From: an uncultured Chloroflexia bacterium
GTDB taxonomy: Bacteria; Chloroflexota; Anaerolineae; Anaerolineales; UBA11579
Assembly: GCA_963722735.1 (NCBI GenBank)
Contig: CAVROH010000017.1
Coordinates: 51,075 to 115,074, forward strand
Reading direction: 5' to 3'
Length of the DNA stretch: 64,000 nucleotides
Positions 1 to 9,372 of the stretch are shown here, piece by piece. Position numbers and translations under genes: made by a program. The notes under the pieces were generated by a model. That model was not told where the DNA came from, did not search any database, and was given only the letters and a program-made list of their open reading frames with translations. The number at the start of each line of letters is the position of its first letter. Positions within the stretch are counted from its first letter, which is position 1.

Positions 1-77
1 CCGCGGAACAGCCGGTTATGCAGACGTTTTTTCTCGTTCTGCCGCATTCGTTTAATTGCAGATTTTTTATTCGCCAA
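1..77 (-). CDS. rpsT: 30S ribosomal protein S20, first ~25 codons only (gene runs off the left edge)
   Basis: Absent from the ORF track because it is truncated. The minus strand from 77 reads TTG GCG AAT AAA AAA TCT GCA ATT AAA CGA ATG CGG CAG AAC GAG AAA AAA CGT CTG CAT AAC CGG = (M)ANKKSAIKRMRQNEKKRLHNR, the conserved basic N-terminus of S20. GGAGG lies 7 nt upstream (rc of 85-89). Confidence 0.6.
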   Translation of the reverse strand, partial: MANKKSAIKRMRQNEKKRLHNRLFR

Positions 78-202
78 CTTACAGCCTCCAGATACTTCTT
101 TACTCAATTATCAGTTTATTCAGAGGACTGGCAGATTTCGTTGCCAGTCACAGCAGTACATTTTACCTGATAGGGTTCTATTTGACAAGGTGTGTACGCC
201 AG

Positions 203-245
203 TTTTTTTGGAGAAAAATAACCCCCCGGGGTTCCCCGGGGGGTT
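203..245 (-). terminator. Rho-independent terminator of the 269-880 gene
   Basis: GC-only hairpin AACCCCCCGGGG-tt-CCCCGGGGGGTT (about 220-245), followed on the minus strand by ATTTTTCTCCAAAAAAA. It sits about 24 nt past the stop at 269. Confidence 0.55.
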
Positions 246-268
246 GGATATCTTGATTCCCGATGGAC

Positions 269-880
269 TTACAGGTCTTTCCTGAAGCCCCAGACAAAGG
301 CCAGTGACATTGCCAGCAGAAGCGGTGCCAGGATCATCAGGACGAATTCCGGGCTGAAGAACAGCAATTGCGCGCCCATGCTGATAAAGGCCAGCGCAAT
401 CCCGCCCAATCCGATCAGCACGCCGCCAAGGCCAACCCACCAGAATCCCTTGGCTGCTTTCCCGTTCTTCTCTGCGAAGATCGGCCCCAGGAAGATGATC
501 AACCCTGCTACACCATGGAACAGCGGTACCGCCACCTTCTTTAGATCCGGGGCAGCCAGGGATGTATACGCAATTGCCAGCAAGCCGACCAGCGCGAACC
601 AGGCAAAGATCTTCTTCCAGCCGGGATAATACTGGTTGGCGATCCCCAGGGATAAGCCCAGGGGGATCAGGCTGGAGACGATCAGCACGTAAGGTGATAC
701 CAGGATGCCCCATCCGAGGAAGATCAGCAGCAAACCAGAGACCAGCAGTACCCCAAACCCCAGCATGTAATAAATGTAGTGCAGGGCTTTGGTTTTCTGG
801 TATGCGCCGTAGAATAGCCACAGGGCATAGATCGCTGCCAATCCGGTGGCAAGCAAGAGGATACGATCAAGCAATGTCAT
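269..880 (-). CDS. polytopic membrane protein, unknown function
   Basis: ORF 269-931. The best start is ATG at 880 (MTLLDRILLLATG...), with AAGGAG 7 nt upstream. The sequence is almost entirely hydrophobic helices. I recognise no family by eye. Confidence 0.6.
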   Translation of the reverse strand: MTLLDRILLLATGLAAIYALWLFYGAYQKTKALHYIYYMLGFGVLLVSGLLLIFLGWGILVSPYVLIVSSLIPLGLSLGIANQYYPGWKKIFAWFALVGLLAIAYTSLAAPDLKKVAVPLFHGVAGLIIFLGPIFAEKNGKAAKGFWWVGLGGVLIGLGGIALAFISMGAQLLFFSPEFVLMILAPLLLAMSLAFVWGFRKDL

Positions 881-1037
881 ATTATTTCTCCTTGGGTAAA
901 ATAATGATTTGGTTCTATTGTGCCATTTCATCGCCTGCTGTGTCTGTGACGCAGGTCACATACAGGAAAAACTTGGTGATATGATTAGGATCTCTCCCCG
1001 TACCCTATCTGCTGGTTCAGTGAAAGGATCAGGTTGA

Positions 1038-1890
1038 ATGGAACACACCACGCTGAGAACAAACCTCATCGAATTGCATGTCGTCCAGGCAGGCCCGCAG
1101 GATGGCGAGCTGGTCATCCTGCTGCACGGCTTCCCGGAATTCTGGTATGGGTGGCGCAATCAGATCTCAGCTCTGGCTTCTGCTGGATACCGGGTATGGG
1201 CGCCTGATCAGCGCGGCTACAACCTCAGCGTCAAACCTAAAGGGTTGTCTGCATATTCATTGAATGAATTGGCAAAGGATGTGATCGGCTTGATCGATGC
1301 CGCCGGAGTGGAGAAGGCTGCCATTGTCGGCCATGACTGGGGAGCCGGTGTGGCCTGGTGGACTGCCCAGAACTACCCGGAGCGCATCTCCCGCATGGTG
1401 GTGATGAATGTCCCCCATGGCGCAGTGATGCAGCAGCATCTCCGATCCAGCTTTGCCCAACTGCGCAAGAGCTGGTATATGTTCTTCTTCCAGTTGCCCT
1501 GGCTGCCGGAAATTATCTCCGCTGCCCGGGATTGGAAGATGGCGGTCAACGCCCTGGTGGAGACTGCCCGGACAGGGACATTCACACCGGAAGATATCGC
1601 CCAGTACAGACAAGCCTGGTCTCAGCCCGGCGCTTACACCGCCATGGTCAACTGGTACCGTGCTATGCTGCGGCGTCCCCCCAAGTCTGCCAAAGGGCCA
1701 CGCATTTAAGGTGCCTACTATGCTCATCTGGGGTGCTCGGGATAGGTTCCTGGGGAGGGAAATGGCTCAGCCCAGTATTGATCTTTGCGATCAGGGGAAA
1801 TTGGTTTTCATCGAAGAAGCATCCCACTGGGTGCAGCACGAGGAGCCGGACCGGGTCAATCAGCTTCTCCTTGCTTTTCTCCGGGAGTGA
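1038..1890 (+). pseudogene. alpha/beta hydrolase, epoxide-hydrolase/haloalkane-dehalogenase-like; one frameshift near 1690
   Basis: ORF 1038-1709 carries HGFPEFWYGW and the nucleophile elbow GHDWGA. The C-terminal part ([15 protein letters not shown]...[21 protein letters not shown]) continues in the frame of ORF 1453-1890. The join lies around LRRPPK|...KVPT. Confidence 0.75.
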
Positions 1891-1914
1891 TTTTCAAGAA
1901 GTTTATTCTTAGCG

Positions 1915-1920
1915 TATAAT
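1915..1920 (+). promoter_or_regulatory. candidate -10 box (TATAAT) for the sulfotransferase gene
   Basis: Perfect TATAAT lies 29 nt upstream of ATG 1950, and AAGGAAGG (RBS) sits between them. The -35 region is weak (TTTCAA). Confidence 0.3.
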
Positions 1921-1949
1921 CAGGTTCAATCTCTCTCAAGGAAGGGTTT

Positions 1950-2546
1950 ATGTTCTTTCGTAAAAAATCAGATCCCGCCAACCGCATAGTGATTGTCTCC
2001 GGGTTGCCGCGTTCGGGCACATCATTGATGATGATGATGCTGGATGCCGCCGGCATTCCACCGATGCAGGACCATGTCCGCTCCGCCGATGTTGACAACC
2101 CCAAAGGATATTACGAATACGAACGCGTCAAGGATATGCCCGATGGCGATATCGCCTGGGTCAAGGATTCTCGCGGCAAATCGGTCAAGGTGATCACTGC
2201 ACTTCTCAAGCACCTGCCTAAAAAATTCAATTATGATGTGGTCATTATGCACCGTGAGATGGACGAGATCCTGGCTTCCCAGAAGAAGATGCTCGAACGC
2301 CGTGGAGAGGATCCCGAAAAGGTATCCGATCAGGAGATGGCTGATCTGTTTGGCAAGCACTTTTCCCAGGTGATGGATTGGGTCCGCCAGCAGAAGAACA
2401 TCCGCTATTTGGAGGTCAGCTACAATGATTTGTTAGTCTCTCCGGAGGAGGAGATCGAGAAAGTTAATCAGTTCCTTGGTGGTCAGTTGGATATTGATGC
2501 GATGCTGAACAAAATTGATCCGGGTCTTTACCGTCAGCGTAAGTAA
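1950..2546 (+). CDS. sulfotransferase family protein
   Basis: N-terminal PAPS 5'-phosphosulfate loop GLPRSGTSLMM. An Rx7S-like 3'-phosphate motif sits in VVIMHREMDEILASQ. The size (198 aa) is typical of small bacterial sulfotransferases. Confidence 0.7.
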   Translation: MFFRKKSDPANRIVIVSGLPRSGTSLMMMMLDAAGIPPMQDHVRSADVDNPKGYYEYERVKDMPDGDIAWVKDSRGKSVKVITALLKHLPKKFNYDVVIMHREMDEILASQKKMLERRGEDPEKVSDQEMADLFGKHFSQVMDWVRQQKNIRYLEVSYNDLLVSPEEEIEKVNQFLGGQLDIDAMLNKIDPGLYRQRK

Positions 2547-2619
2547 GATCAATATGGCAATCTGTCTGAACAAAGTGGGGAGTAGAGAAAGCCTGTAATC
2601 AAAAATGGTATAAAACGGG

Positions 2620-2655
2620 AAAAAACCCCGCCAACTGGCGGGGTTTCGGTTTTTA
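2620..2655. terminator. bidirectional intrinsic terminator between convergent genes
   Basis: Hairpin AAACCCCGCC-aact-GGCGGGGTTT is flanked by an A-run upstream and TTTCGGTTTTT downstream. It therefore reads as a stem plus U-tract on both strands. Confidence 0.6.
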
Positions 2656-2667
2656 CAAACAGGACGG

Positions 2668-3057
2668 CTATTTCTTAGTCGTCTTCTTCTCTTCTTTTGC
2701 TACTGCCTTAGGAGCTTCTACCTTCTCGGCTTTAGGGGATACCTTGTCCGAGATCTTGGCGCGCTGTTCTTCCAAGATCACCTGGCCGCGCTGGCGAAGT
2801 TCTTCGGCGTGGGCCTGGGCTTCCTTGGCTAGTTCTTCGGCCCGGGCACGGGCGTCAGCGGCAGCCTTTTCGGCGGCAGCGTAAGCTTCTTCCAGGGAGG
2901 CAGCCGTCTTGTCTTTCAGCTCGACGCTTTTCTCTACGATCAGCGTGCGGGTCGCTTCGCCGGATTGAGGTGCCAGTAAAAGTGCAACTGCTGCCCCAAC
3001 CAGGCCGCCGACCAGAAAACCTGAGAGGAAACTTCCAAAATCATTGTTATCAGACAT
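2668..3057 (-). CDS. YtxH domain-containing protein
   Basis: Canonical YtxH N-terminus GFLVGGLVGAAVALLLAPQSGEATR, followed by an Ala/Glu/Lys-rich coiled region. AAGGAG RBS upstream. Confidence 0.75.
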   Translation of the reverse strand: MSDNNDFGSFLSGFLVGGLVGAAVALLLAPQSGEATRTLIVEKSVELKDKTAASLEEAYAAAEKAAADARARAEELAKEAQAHAEELRQRGQVILEEQRAKISDKVSPKAEKVEAPKAVAKEEKKTTKK

Positions 3058-3079
3058 TTTTTTTCTCCTTACTGAGGGT

Positions 3080-3508
3080 CTATTTGGTGATATTTTTCAG
3101 CATATCCAGCGCCTTCTTGATCGAGGCGAGGGTACTGTTAAATTTGATGACCGGTTCTACCAGTGTATCCGACATGAAGATTGCCGTGCCGCGGATTGTG
3201 CTCATTGTTTCGTTAGCCATCTCCAGAACCGGTTTGATCTCATGCTGGAACATATTGACCAGACGGGTGGTCTGGAAGATCAAGAGGACGGCTGTCACAC
3301 CAATGATGAACAGCTCGATCCCCAGTGCGATGATGAAGATATCCCGGATCACGGGCGTCTTGGGAGATTTGAGCAGGAAGATTACCCCTAATACGATCAA
3401 CGCCAGTAGGATGATAACACCTGCCACCATGCCGGCTTTAGCACCTGTGCTCAGCGATTCTTCTTTCTGTTCCCCTGGTTCTACGATCTGGATTTCTTTT
3501 TCTTCCAT
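3080..3508 (-). CDS. small membrane protein, DUF948-like (tentative)
   Basis: ORF 3080-3589; likely start MEEKEIQ at 3508. It has two TM helices followed by a helical tail. It lies immediately upstream of the YtxH gene, the usual DUF948-YtxH pairing. The family call is by architecture and context only. Confidence 0.45.
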   Translation of the reverse strand: MEEKEIQIVEPGEQKEESLSTGAKAGMVAGVIILLALIVLGVIFLLKSPKTPVIRDIFIIALGIELFIIGVTAVLLIFQTTRLVNMFQHEIKPVLEMANETMSTIRGTAIFMSDTLVEPVIKFNSTLASIKKALDMLKNITK

Positions 3509-3686
3509 AATTCCCTGTAGGTTCTGCCTGGATAATTCGCGGTCTTTGCCAAACGTCTCCGGATTTGTCCGGACGTATGGGCAAAACAAAACAACCTTTA
3601 TCTGTATTGTTAATTATAGCATATCCACAACAAATTCCGAATAGCCCCTTTTCCTTGTGATCTGCCAGGATATACAAATGACCGGT

Positions 3687-6116
3687 TCACTCCCTGGAGA
3701 TGAGTGCCAGCCAGGAATTGAAGATCTGTTCAGCCGGTTTGCCGTGGATCGAGGCTGAGGTGTCGTTCAGGGCCAAGTCCGGATAATATCCCTGGGTGAC
3801 TACCCCAGCGACCCAATCCCGCTCGGAGACCGCCGTGAGCAGGGCATAGTAGTAATCTGCCTGCATTTCCAGATCAGAGGCAGCCGGGTTTTCGAGTGTC
3901 GGCCCGATCTTGAGATTGCTGGTATTCAGGCAGTCTCCGGCCGCATTCGGGGAGGGGATGCAGTCCAGTTCGTATCCCTGCACGGAGGGGATTGCTGCCA
4001 GGATCACCACTGGTTTGTGAACCTCGGATGCCAACGTCTGGGCGTGCTCATCCAGGGCGCTGCCCATCGCATCACTGGAGATCTTTTCAAGGGGCAGGTC
4101 CCACGCCAGATAGATCGTATCCACCTGGGAGAGGAATTCCGGTGGATTCCCGGCCAACTCCAGGCTGACCACAAAGCTGATCTTGCCCTGGAACCGCTCG
4201 CGGACCCCGATGAGTGTATCCGCCCAGATCATCTCGATATTACCGGGTTGCGAATAGATTTCGAAATGACCATCCTCCGGCAGTGCAGGCAGCAGCCAGT
4301 CTCCGCCCAGGATGATCTCATCTGCCCCAGCCAGTGCGGCCAGGTTGGCGTACTGGTACACAAAGTTGCGGTGTTCTGTCAGGAATTGCAGCCAGAAGGT
4401 CTCCTCATCGGTCGGCTGGCTCTGCCACCAGTTAGCTGCCCCGTGGGTGAATATTACCTGGGGATACAGGCTGACCGTTTTCCCCTGGTCATGGGCTGCC
4501 CTCACCATTCCATGGATCGTCTCCGCCCGCATCGTATCCGCGATCGAAGGGGCCAGCATCCGGGGGTGGTTTGCCGGATTGGGAACCCAGGCTGGCGAGA
4601 GGATGATGTGATCTCCGGGGAGATCGGTGACCACCGTATGCTGGCTGAAGGGGGACAACGCCACCCCATAGACAAAATTAGCATCCCGCGGGGTGAGGTC
4701 GGCGAATTCATAGATATTGGCCGCATCCGGGGAGAGAAAGGCCCAATCTTCCACCGGTTCAGAGTTTACATGGGTCTCACTAAAATTGGTGGGGATCTGC
4801 CGGGTGATTGCCGGGCTTTCGATCCCGGATTGCCCAAGACCGACGCACGGAGTTTGCCGGCAGTAGCGGTAGGGAATCTCGCCGGAAAAATTATGCGGGC
4901 TGATCAGCGGGAAGACCCAGGTATTCTCGCCGATCGGCATCATCGGCAGGGCTGGCAGCCACTCTGCGATGCTGAATTGCACCCCGATCGTCTCGCCGGG
5001 CGGGGTGTCTAGGGGGACCTCAGCCTTGAACCAGATCGTCTCGGTATTGCTCGTCCTCCAGGTCGCTACCCGGTCTTCAACCACCATGCTCCCACCGTCC
5101 AACGGCAGGATCAACTGGTGGGTGACAAATTGCTGGTCCAGCCCGTGTTCTGCGTTCCAAAACCCATCCCCGAGGGTGTACTTATAGCGGATATCTATCC
5201 CGGCTGGCAGGACCATTTGCAGGGAATACCAGCCATCGCTCAACGGAGTCAATGCTGGCATCCTGGCGGCGTCACCGCTGATCCCGCTGCCCAGGTCATG
5301 GAAGGTATTGCCCAATTGCTCCAGATTCCCTGCCAAACGGATCGGGGCTCCCTCAATAGTCCCCGCCGGCGTTTTTACCTTGAAGGTCACTTCCCTCCAC
5401 AGGCTGGGGATCATTTCCAATTCTGCGACAGTCACCTTCCCAGGGCTGGCTTGAAAGTCGTGTTGGATTGGGAGGTAGGTGCCGCTCATTGAGATCGCTG
5501 TCAGGCTGTGGCTGCCTTCTGCCAACGGGTAAAGGGTGAATTTGCCATTAATATCGGTGATTGTCTCTATCCCCCCGGCGCTGACCAGGATATCTGCCAG
5601 CGGCTCTCCCATTTCCCGGCTGAGGATTACCCCGCTGACTTCGCCGCTTTGCTGTCCGGTTGGCAGGTCATCTGCCCATCCGGCGATAGTCTCCTTGACC
5701 ATGCCGGGCTGGTCGACATATAGCCTGCGGAAGTTGATCTCCATTCCGTCCGCACGTACCTCGGGAAAGAAACTTCCGTCCGCAGCCAATTTCTGGAAGT
5801 AATAAGTAACCACCGTCCCAACCGGAGTGGGATACACGATCCCGTAGCTGCCATCTTTTGTTTGGGAGAGGGGCAGCCGCTCTTTCTGGAAAGGCACTCC
5901 GGTGACCTCGTCGATCACCACCATTTCAATTTGCTGTCCCTGGGTCAGCGGTTTCCTGCTGGTTACGGTCAGGACCAGTTGAGCCTTCTCGACCACACCC
6001 GGTCGGGCCAGGGTGGATCCCTCGCTGATGGGCAGGTTGCAGCTGCTGAGGAATGCCAGCAGGATCATCGTGGTGGTGATCAGCCAAATGCAGTGAGAGG
6101 CCCAATGTCGCTTCAT
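3687..6116 (-). CDS. secreted lipoprotein: carboxypeptidase-regulatory-like + CBM20/48-like beta-sandwich + C-terminal TIM-barrel glycosidase-like region
   Basis: Signal peptide with lipobox (LLAFLSSC). CarboxypepD_reg-like stretch GVILSREMGEPLADILVSAGGIETITDINGKFTL. Starch-binding-like stretch VTFKVKTPAGT..IRLAGNLEQLGN..W..IRYKYTLGDG. Its start overlaps the tatA stop (ATGA). Confidence 0.6.
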   Translation of the reverse strand: MKRHWASHCIWLITTTMILLAFLSSCNLPISEGSTLARPGVVEKAQLVLTVTSRKPLTQGQQIEMVVIDEVTGVPFQKERLPLSQTKDGSYGIVYPTPVGTVVTYYFQKLAADGSFFPEVRADGMEINFRRLYVDQPGMVKETIAGWADDLPTGQQSGEVSGVILSREMGEPLADILVSAGGIETITDINGKFTLYPLAEGSHSLTAISMSGTYLPIQHDFQASPGKVTVAELEMIPSLWREVTFKVKTPAGTIEGAPIRLAGNLEQLGNTFHDLGSGISGDAARMPALTPLSDGWYSLQMVLPAGIDIRYKYTLGDGFWNAEHGLDQQFVTHQLILPLDGGSMVVEDRVATWRTSNTETIWFKAEVPLDTPPGETIGVQFSIAEWLPALPMMPIGENTWVFPLISPHNFSGEIPYRYCRQTPCVGLGQSGIESPAITRQIPTNFSETHVNSEPVEDWAFLSPDAANIYEFADLTPRDANFVYGVALSPFSQHTVVTDLPGDHIILSPAWVPNPANHPRMLAPSIADTMRAETIHGMVRAAHDQGKTVSLYPQVIFTHGAANWWQSQPTDEETFWLQFLTEHRNFVYQYANLAALAGADEIILGGDWLLPALPEDGHFEIYSQPGNIEMIWADTLIGVRERFQGKISFVVSLELAGNPPEFLSQVDTIYLAWDLPLEKISSDAMGSALDEHAQTLASEVHKPVVILAAIPSVQGYELDCIPSPNAAGDCLNTSNLKIGPTLENPAASDLEMQADYYYALLTAVSERDWVAGVVTQGYYPDLALNDTSASIHGKPAEQIFNSWLALISRE

Positions 6117-6478
6117 TTACTTTCCTCATCCGGGGAGGGAGGTGTTGTCCAGGCTTTCAGCCCGGTTTCTAAATCTTCTACCGTTGATGGGGATTTTTCT
6201 GGGATACCCTCACCGGATTTTGTGGGAGGTGCAATTGTCCGGTCAGGGTTCTCTTTGAGGAAGTCTTCAATCGCTGCCTCGCGCATTAGCTTGGTCGGCA
6301 TCATCTTGATCTCCTTGCCCAATGTTTTCATTGCCCTCCATGTCTCCGACTGGTTGATGTCGCGAAGCATCTTGCCCAGTGACCGGCCGGTTTTTGCCAT
6401 ATTATTAGGACCCAGGATAAGAAAGGCGATCAGCAGCACAAAACCCAGTTCAAGCGGACCAATTCCTAGCAGATCCAT
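6113..6478 (-). CDS. tatA: twin-arginine translocase TatA/TatB/TatE family subunit
   Basis: MDLLGIGPLELGFVLLIAFLILGPNNMAKTGRSLGKMLR is the conserved Tat TM helix, hinge and amphipathic helix. Confidence 0.75.
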   Translation of the reverse strand: MDLLGIGPLELGFVLLIAFLILGPNNMAKTGRSLGKMLRDINQSETWRAMKTLGKEIKMMPTKLMREAAIEDFLKENPDRTIAPPTKSGEGIPEKSPSTVEDLETGLKAWTTPPSPDEESK

Positions 6479-6484
6479 GGCTGA

Positions 6485-6946
6485 TTATTCCTTTGTTGGG
6501 ATTTTATCGATTGCGTTTTTGAGAGATTGGCGTAATGTGTTCTCCTGGGCAGCCAGGCTTCCCAGGACGCCATTGACAAATCGGGGAGAGCTATCGGAGC
6601 CAAACATCTTTGCCAGTTCAACGGACTCGTTGATTGCCACCTTTAACGGCGTGGTTTGCTGAACGGCAAATTCCCACAGAGCGATCCGCAGCAGGTTGCG
6701 GTCGATGACCGAAATTTGGTCAATCGGCCATTCCGGGGCGTGGACGGCGATGTGGGTATCTAATACCTCCCGGATCGGGTGGACGCCGCGTACAATCTCG
6801 CTTACAAAATCCTGCAGTTCCAGGCTGAGATTGACATCCGGGGTGCTGAACCGGGATTCCAACACTTCCCCGATGCGGTGTCCTGAGATATCAATTTCGT
6901 AAAGTGCTTGCAAGGCGACGCTGCGCGCCCTGGTTCGTGGTTTCAT
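6485..6946 (-). CDS. nusB: transcription antitermination factor NusB
   Basis: RTRARSVALQALYEIDISGH..., ...IDRNLLRIALWEF... and INESVELAKMFG..SPRFVNGVLG are typical NusB blocks. Confidence 0.9.
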   Translation of the reverse strand: MKPRTRARSVALQALYEIDISGHRIGEVLESRFSTPDVNLSLELQDFVSEIVRGVHPIREVLDTHIAVHAPEWPIDQISVIDRNLLRIALWEFAVQQTTPLKVAINESVELAKMFGSDSSPRFVNGVLGSLAAQENTLRQSLKNAIDKIPTKE

Positions 6947-6953
6947 CTAACCT

Positions 6954-7304
6954 TTAGATTTCCTCAAAGTCAATATCTTCGATGTGGATGTTGATCTTGC
7001 CGGGTTTCATCCCGACCATCTCGGCGATTGCCCGTGAGACTGATTTTTGTACGTTGCGGCTCACTTGGCGTACGTTCACATCCGGTTTAAGGATCAGGTA
7101 CAGATCCACATTCACGGTGTCATCCAGGATCTCGATCCGCACACCTTCGCTCTGGTGTCCGCGCGTCCACAACCGGTTCACTCCGCCGGGCGGGGTGGAA
7201 AGCCGGGAAACACCATCTGTGCTCAATGTGGTCAGTGAGGCAACATTTAACAACACATCAGGAGCGATCGTGGTTTTGCCATTGGTGGGTGTACCTTCTT
7301 CCAT
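6954..7304 (-). CDS. Asp23/Gls24 family envelope stress protein
   Basis: GKTTIAPDVLLNVASLTTLSTDGV and the C-terminal VQKSVSRAIAEMVGMKPGKINIHIEDI match the Asp23 pattern. GGAGG RBS upstream. Sits upstream of nusB, as in many Gram-positive-type genomes. Confidence 0.8.
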   Translation of the reverse strand: MEEGTPTNGKTTIAPDVLLNVASLTTLSTDGVSRLSTPPGGVNRLWTRGHQSEGVRIEILDDTVNVDLYLILKPDVNVRQVSRNVQKSVSRAIAEMVGMKPGKINIHIEDIDFEEI

Positions 7305-7428
7305 GATTCCTCCAGAAGGAAAATTCCTTTTCCTGCTTTCTGCTGATTTGTGTCCATTATACCGGACAATACTGACAAATCAAACCCTACGCGGGTTGGC
7401 AGGTTACGATTTCATTCCGGGATTAAAT

Positions 7429-7459
7429 GAAAATCGGGACAGGTCCTGTCCCGATTTTC
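7429..7459 (-). terminator. hairpin terminator downstream of rpmF
   Basis: Perfect palindrome GAAAATCGGGACAGG-t-CCTGTCCCGATTTTC, 20 nt past the rpmF stop. Confidence 0.6.
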
Positions 7460-7479
7460 ATAAGGAATCCTACGATTCC

Positions 7480-7665
7480 TTATTCGCGTTCAACGTCAAC
7501 CACTTCGCGGCCTTTATAAAAGCCACAGCTGGGGCAAACGTGATGCGGCAGGCGCATCTCGCCGCAGTTGGGGCAGGATACCAGCGTGCGAGCCTTGAGT
7601 GCATCATGTGCCCGGCGGCGGTCCCGACGACCTTTGGATATTTTGCGTTTTGGCAGCGGGGTCAT
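7480..7665 (-). CDS. rpmF: 50S ribosomal protein L32
   Basis: [20 protein letters not shown]...[23 protein letters not shown] is the L32 signature, including the zinc-ribbon cysteines. Confidence 0.9.
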   Translation of the reverse strand: MTPLPKRKISKGRRDRRRAHDALKARTLVSCPNCGEMRLPHHVCPSCGFYKGREVVDVERE

Positions 7666-7926
7666 GTTTTTCTCCTTAATTCTTATGTCCAGCTATCCAT
7701 GAAAATACCCACCTTTCGGTAGGCTAGGCAATTATAGATGTAAGCCTTATCACTGTCAAGGTGGAAACAAACAGGAATTTGCAGTCAGCTGGGAATTGGA
7801 ATGGATTCAGTTGGGCGCTTCCCCCTGGTATTAATGCACTTTGGGCGAGGTTAAACAACATCTCTATTCAGGTAAGAGCCGCATCTGAGCAGCCATCTAA
7901 TTGGCAAGACGACAGGAGCTTATGCA

Positions 7927-8430
7927 ATGAACAAATATCTGCTTGAACGCGCCGAGAAAGACGAATTTTTCGAATTCGATCCCCAAAGCCCGTTGACCTC
8001 TGACCAGCAAGCTGATTTCCAGGGATTGAACTACTTCCCCGTGGACGAAAGCCTGCGCTTTGAACTGGAGATCGAACGGTTTGAGCATCCCGAAGCGATC
8101 AAGATGCAAACCTCCACCGGAGACCTGCGTGATTTTACCCGCTACGGTCGTCTCACGTTCACCATGGCAGGTGAATCCGTCTCTTTGGTGGTGTATGCCA
8201 ACGATTATGGCTATTTCATCCCCTTTGTAGATGCCCAGGCGGGTAAGGAAACCTACGGTGCTGGTCGCTATCTTGATCCGAGGGAAACCGGGGATGACCG
8301 CCTGATGTTAGATTTTAATCTGGCCTACAATCCATATTGTGCTTACAATGATCGATATTCCTGCCCGATCCCTCCAGCGGAAAATCGCCTGCTGGTGGCT
8401 ATCAGGGCAGGGGAGAAGAACTTCAAATAA
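7927..8430 (+). CDS. DUF1684 domain-containing protein
   Basis: F..LNYFPVDESLRF and the C-terminal NLAYNPYCAYNDRYSCPIPPAENRL are the hallmark DUF1684 motifs. AGGAG RBS upstream. Confidence 0.8.
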   Translation: MNKYLLERAEKDEFFEFDPQSPLTSDQQADFQGLNYFPVDESLRFELEIERFEHPEAIKMQTSTGDLRDFTRYGRLTFTMAGESVSLVVYANDYGYFIPFVDAQAGKETYGAGRYLDPRETGDDRLMLDFNLAYNPYCAYNDRYSCPIPPAENRLLVAIRAGEKNFK

Positions 8431-8580
8431 TCAGATTTCTGATGCCATCTTTTCTGCAGAGAATATACGCTGGTCTTGCGCATAGGCAAGAATAAATCGG
8501 GCAAGTCTCCTAAATGGCAGAATACATCCTTGTGGTAAGATTGTGCCATCCAAACCTATTTTTTCCAGAAGAGTAAACTA

Positions 8581-9234
8581 ATGAAAAAGAACCTGATTAT
8601 AATTTTAGTAGCAGTCTCTCTCATCCTTGCAGGCTGTGCCAACGCCTCCCAGGATGATCCTGCCCTTACCCAAACCTTTGAGGCCGCCCTGCAAACCGCT
8701 GTGGGCGAAACGCTTCAGGCCGAATTGATCGCCACTGAGACGAATGCCTTCCCGCAGGACACATCAACTCCAACAGAGACAGAGCCTTCTCCCGAACCAA
8801 CCCCCAACTTCACCCAGGCTGCACCCACCTCAGTACCCACTTTGCAGCCTGCCCAACCTACTACCGGCACCGCACCTACCAATACCCCGCAGACACCCTG
8901 TTACCGGGCAGAATTAATCACTGAGACGATACCGGATGGTTCTGTGTTCACTCCCGGAAAATACTTTACCAAGATCTGGGTAATCCGCAATACCGGCGTG
9001 TGTGAATGGACCGAGTTATTCAGCTGGAGATTTGTTGAGGGGGAGGATTTCGGCATTAAGCATGAGCTTAGACTGGACCAGGTCATCGGCCCGGGAGAAA
9101 ACCTGGAGGTCAAGCTGGAAATGAAGACGCCCCTGCTGGAAGGTAATTACAAGGGAACCTGGCAGATCCTCACCGAAGAAGGTGCTTCCGTTACCCCGCT
9201 TGGTTTCTGGGTATACATCATTTCGCGGAAATAA
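8581..9234 (+). CDS. lipoprotein with Pro/Thr-rich linker and C-terminal NBR1-FW-like Ig domain
   Basis: Lipobox LILAGC, then a TPTETEPSPEPTP linker. The C-terminal DGSVFTPGKYFTKIWVIRNTGVCEW...GENLEVKLEMKTP..GNYKGTWQI resembles the Nbr1_FW domain. Confidence 0.6.
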   Translation: MKKNLIIILVAVSLILAGCANASQDDPALTQTFEAALQTAVGETLQAELIATETNAFPQDTSTPTETEPSPEPTPNFTQAAPTSVPTLQPAQPTTGTAPTNTPQTPCYRAELITETIPDGSVFTPGKYFTKIWVIRNTGVCEWTELFSWRFVEGEDFGIKHELRLDQVIGPGENLEVKLEMKTPLLEGNYKGTWQILTEEGASVTPLGFWVYIISRK

Positions 9235-9363
9235 ATTCCCAGGTTTGAAAGGCAGCAGAATCTAATCCAGCCGGTTTGATGATCAATCATCTTACCGACT
9301 GATTTCTCTTGTGTCTGTAAGGGTTAAACCAAGATTGGTAAGATTTTTCTAACACCCCTGAAA

Positions 9364-9372
9364 TGTTATAAT
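9364..9372 (+). promoter_or_regulatory. candidate extended -10 (TGTTATAAT) for the 9458 gene
   Basis: TGnTATAAT match about 85 nt upstream of the TTG start. AGGAG lies 7 nt before the start. Confidence 0.3.

Noticed and set aside
120-821. 233-aa ORF on the minus strand (and ORFs 378-629 and 562-984 on the plus strand) overlapping the 269-880 membrane-protein gene
   Set aside because: These are out-of-frame or antisense shadows of a clearly membrane-like ORF. They have Arg/Pro/Gly-rich composition typical of wrong-frame translation in GC-rich coding DNA, and no RBS.
4017-5012. 331-aa ORF antisense to the 809-aa lipoprotein gene
   Set aside because: It is an antisense shadow ORF with biased Arg/Gly/Pro composition and no recognisable motif. 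The sense strand has coherent domains.
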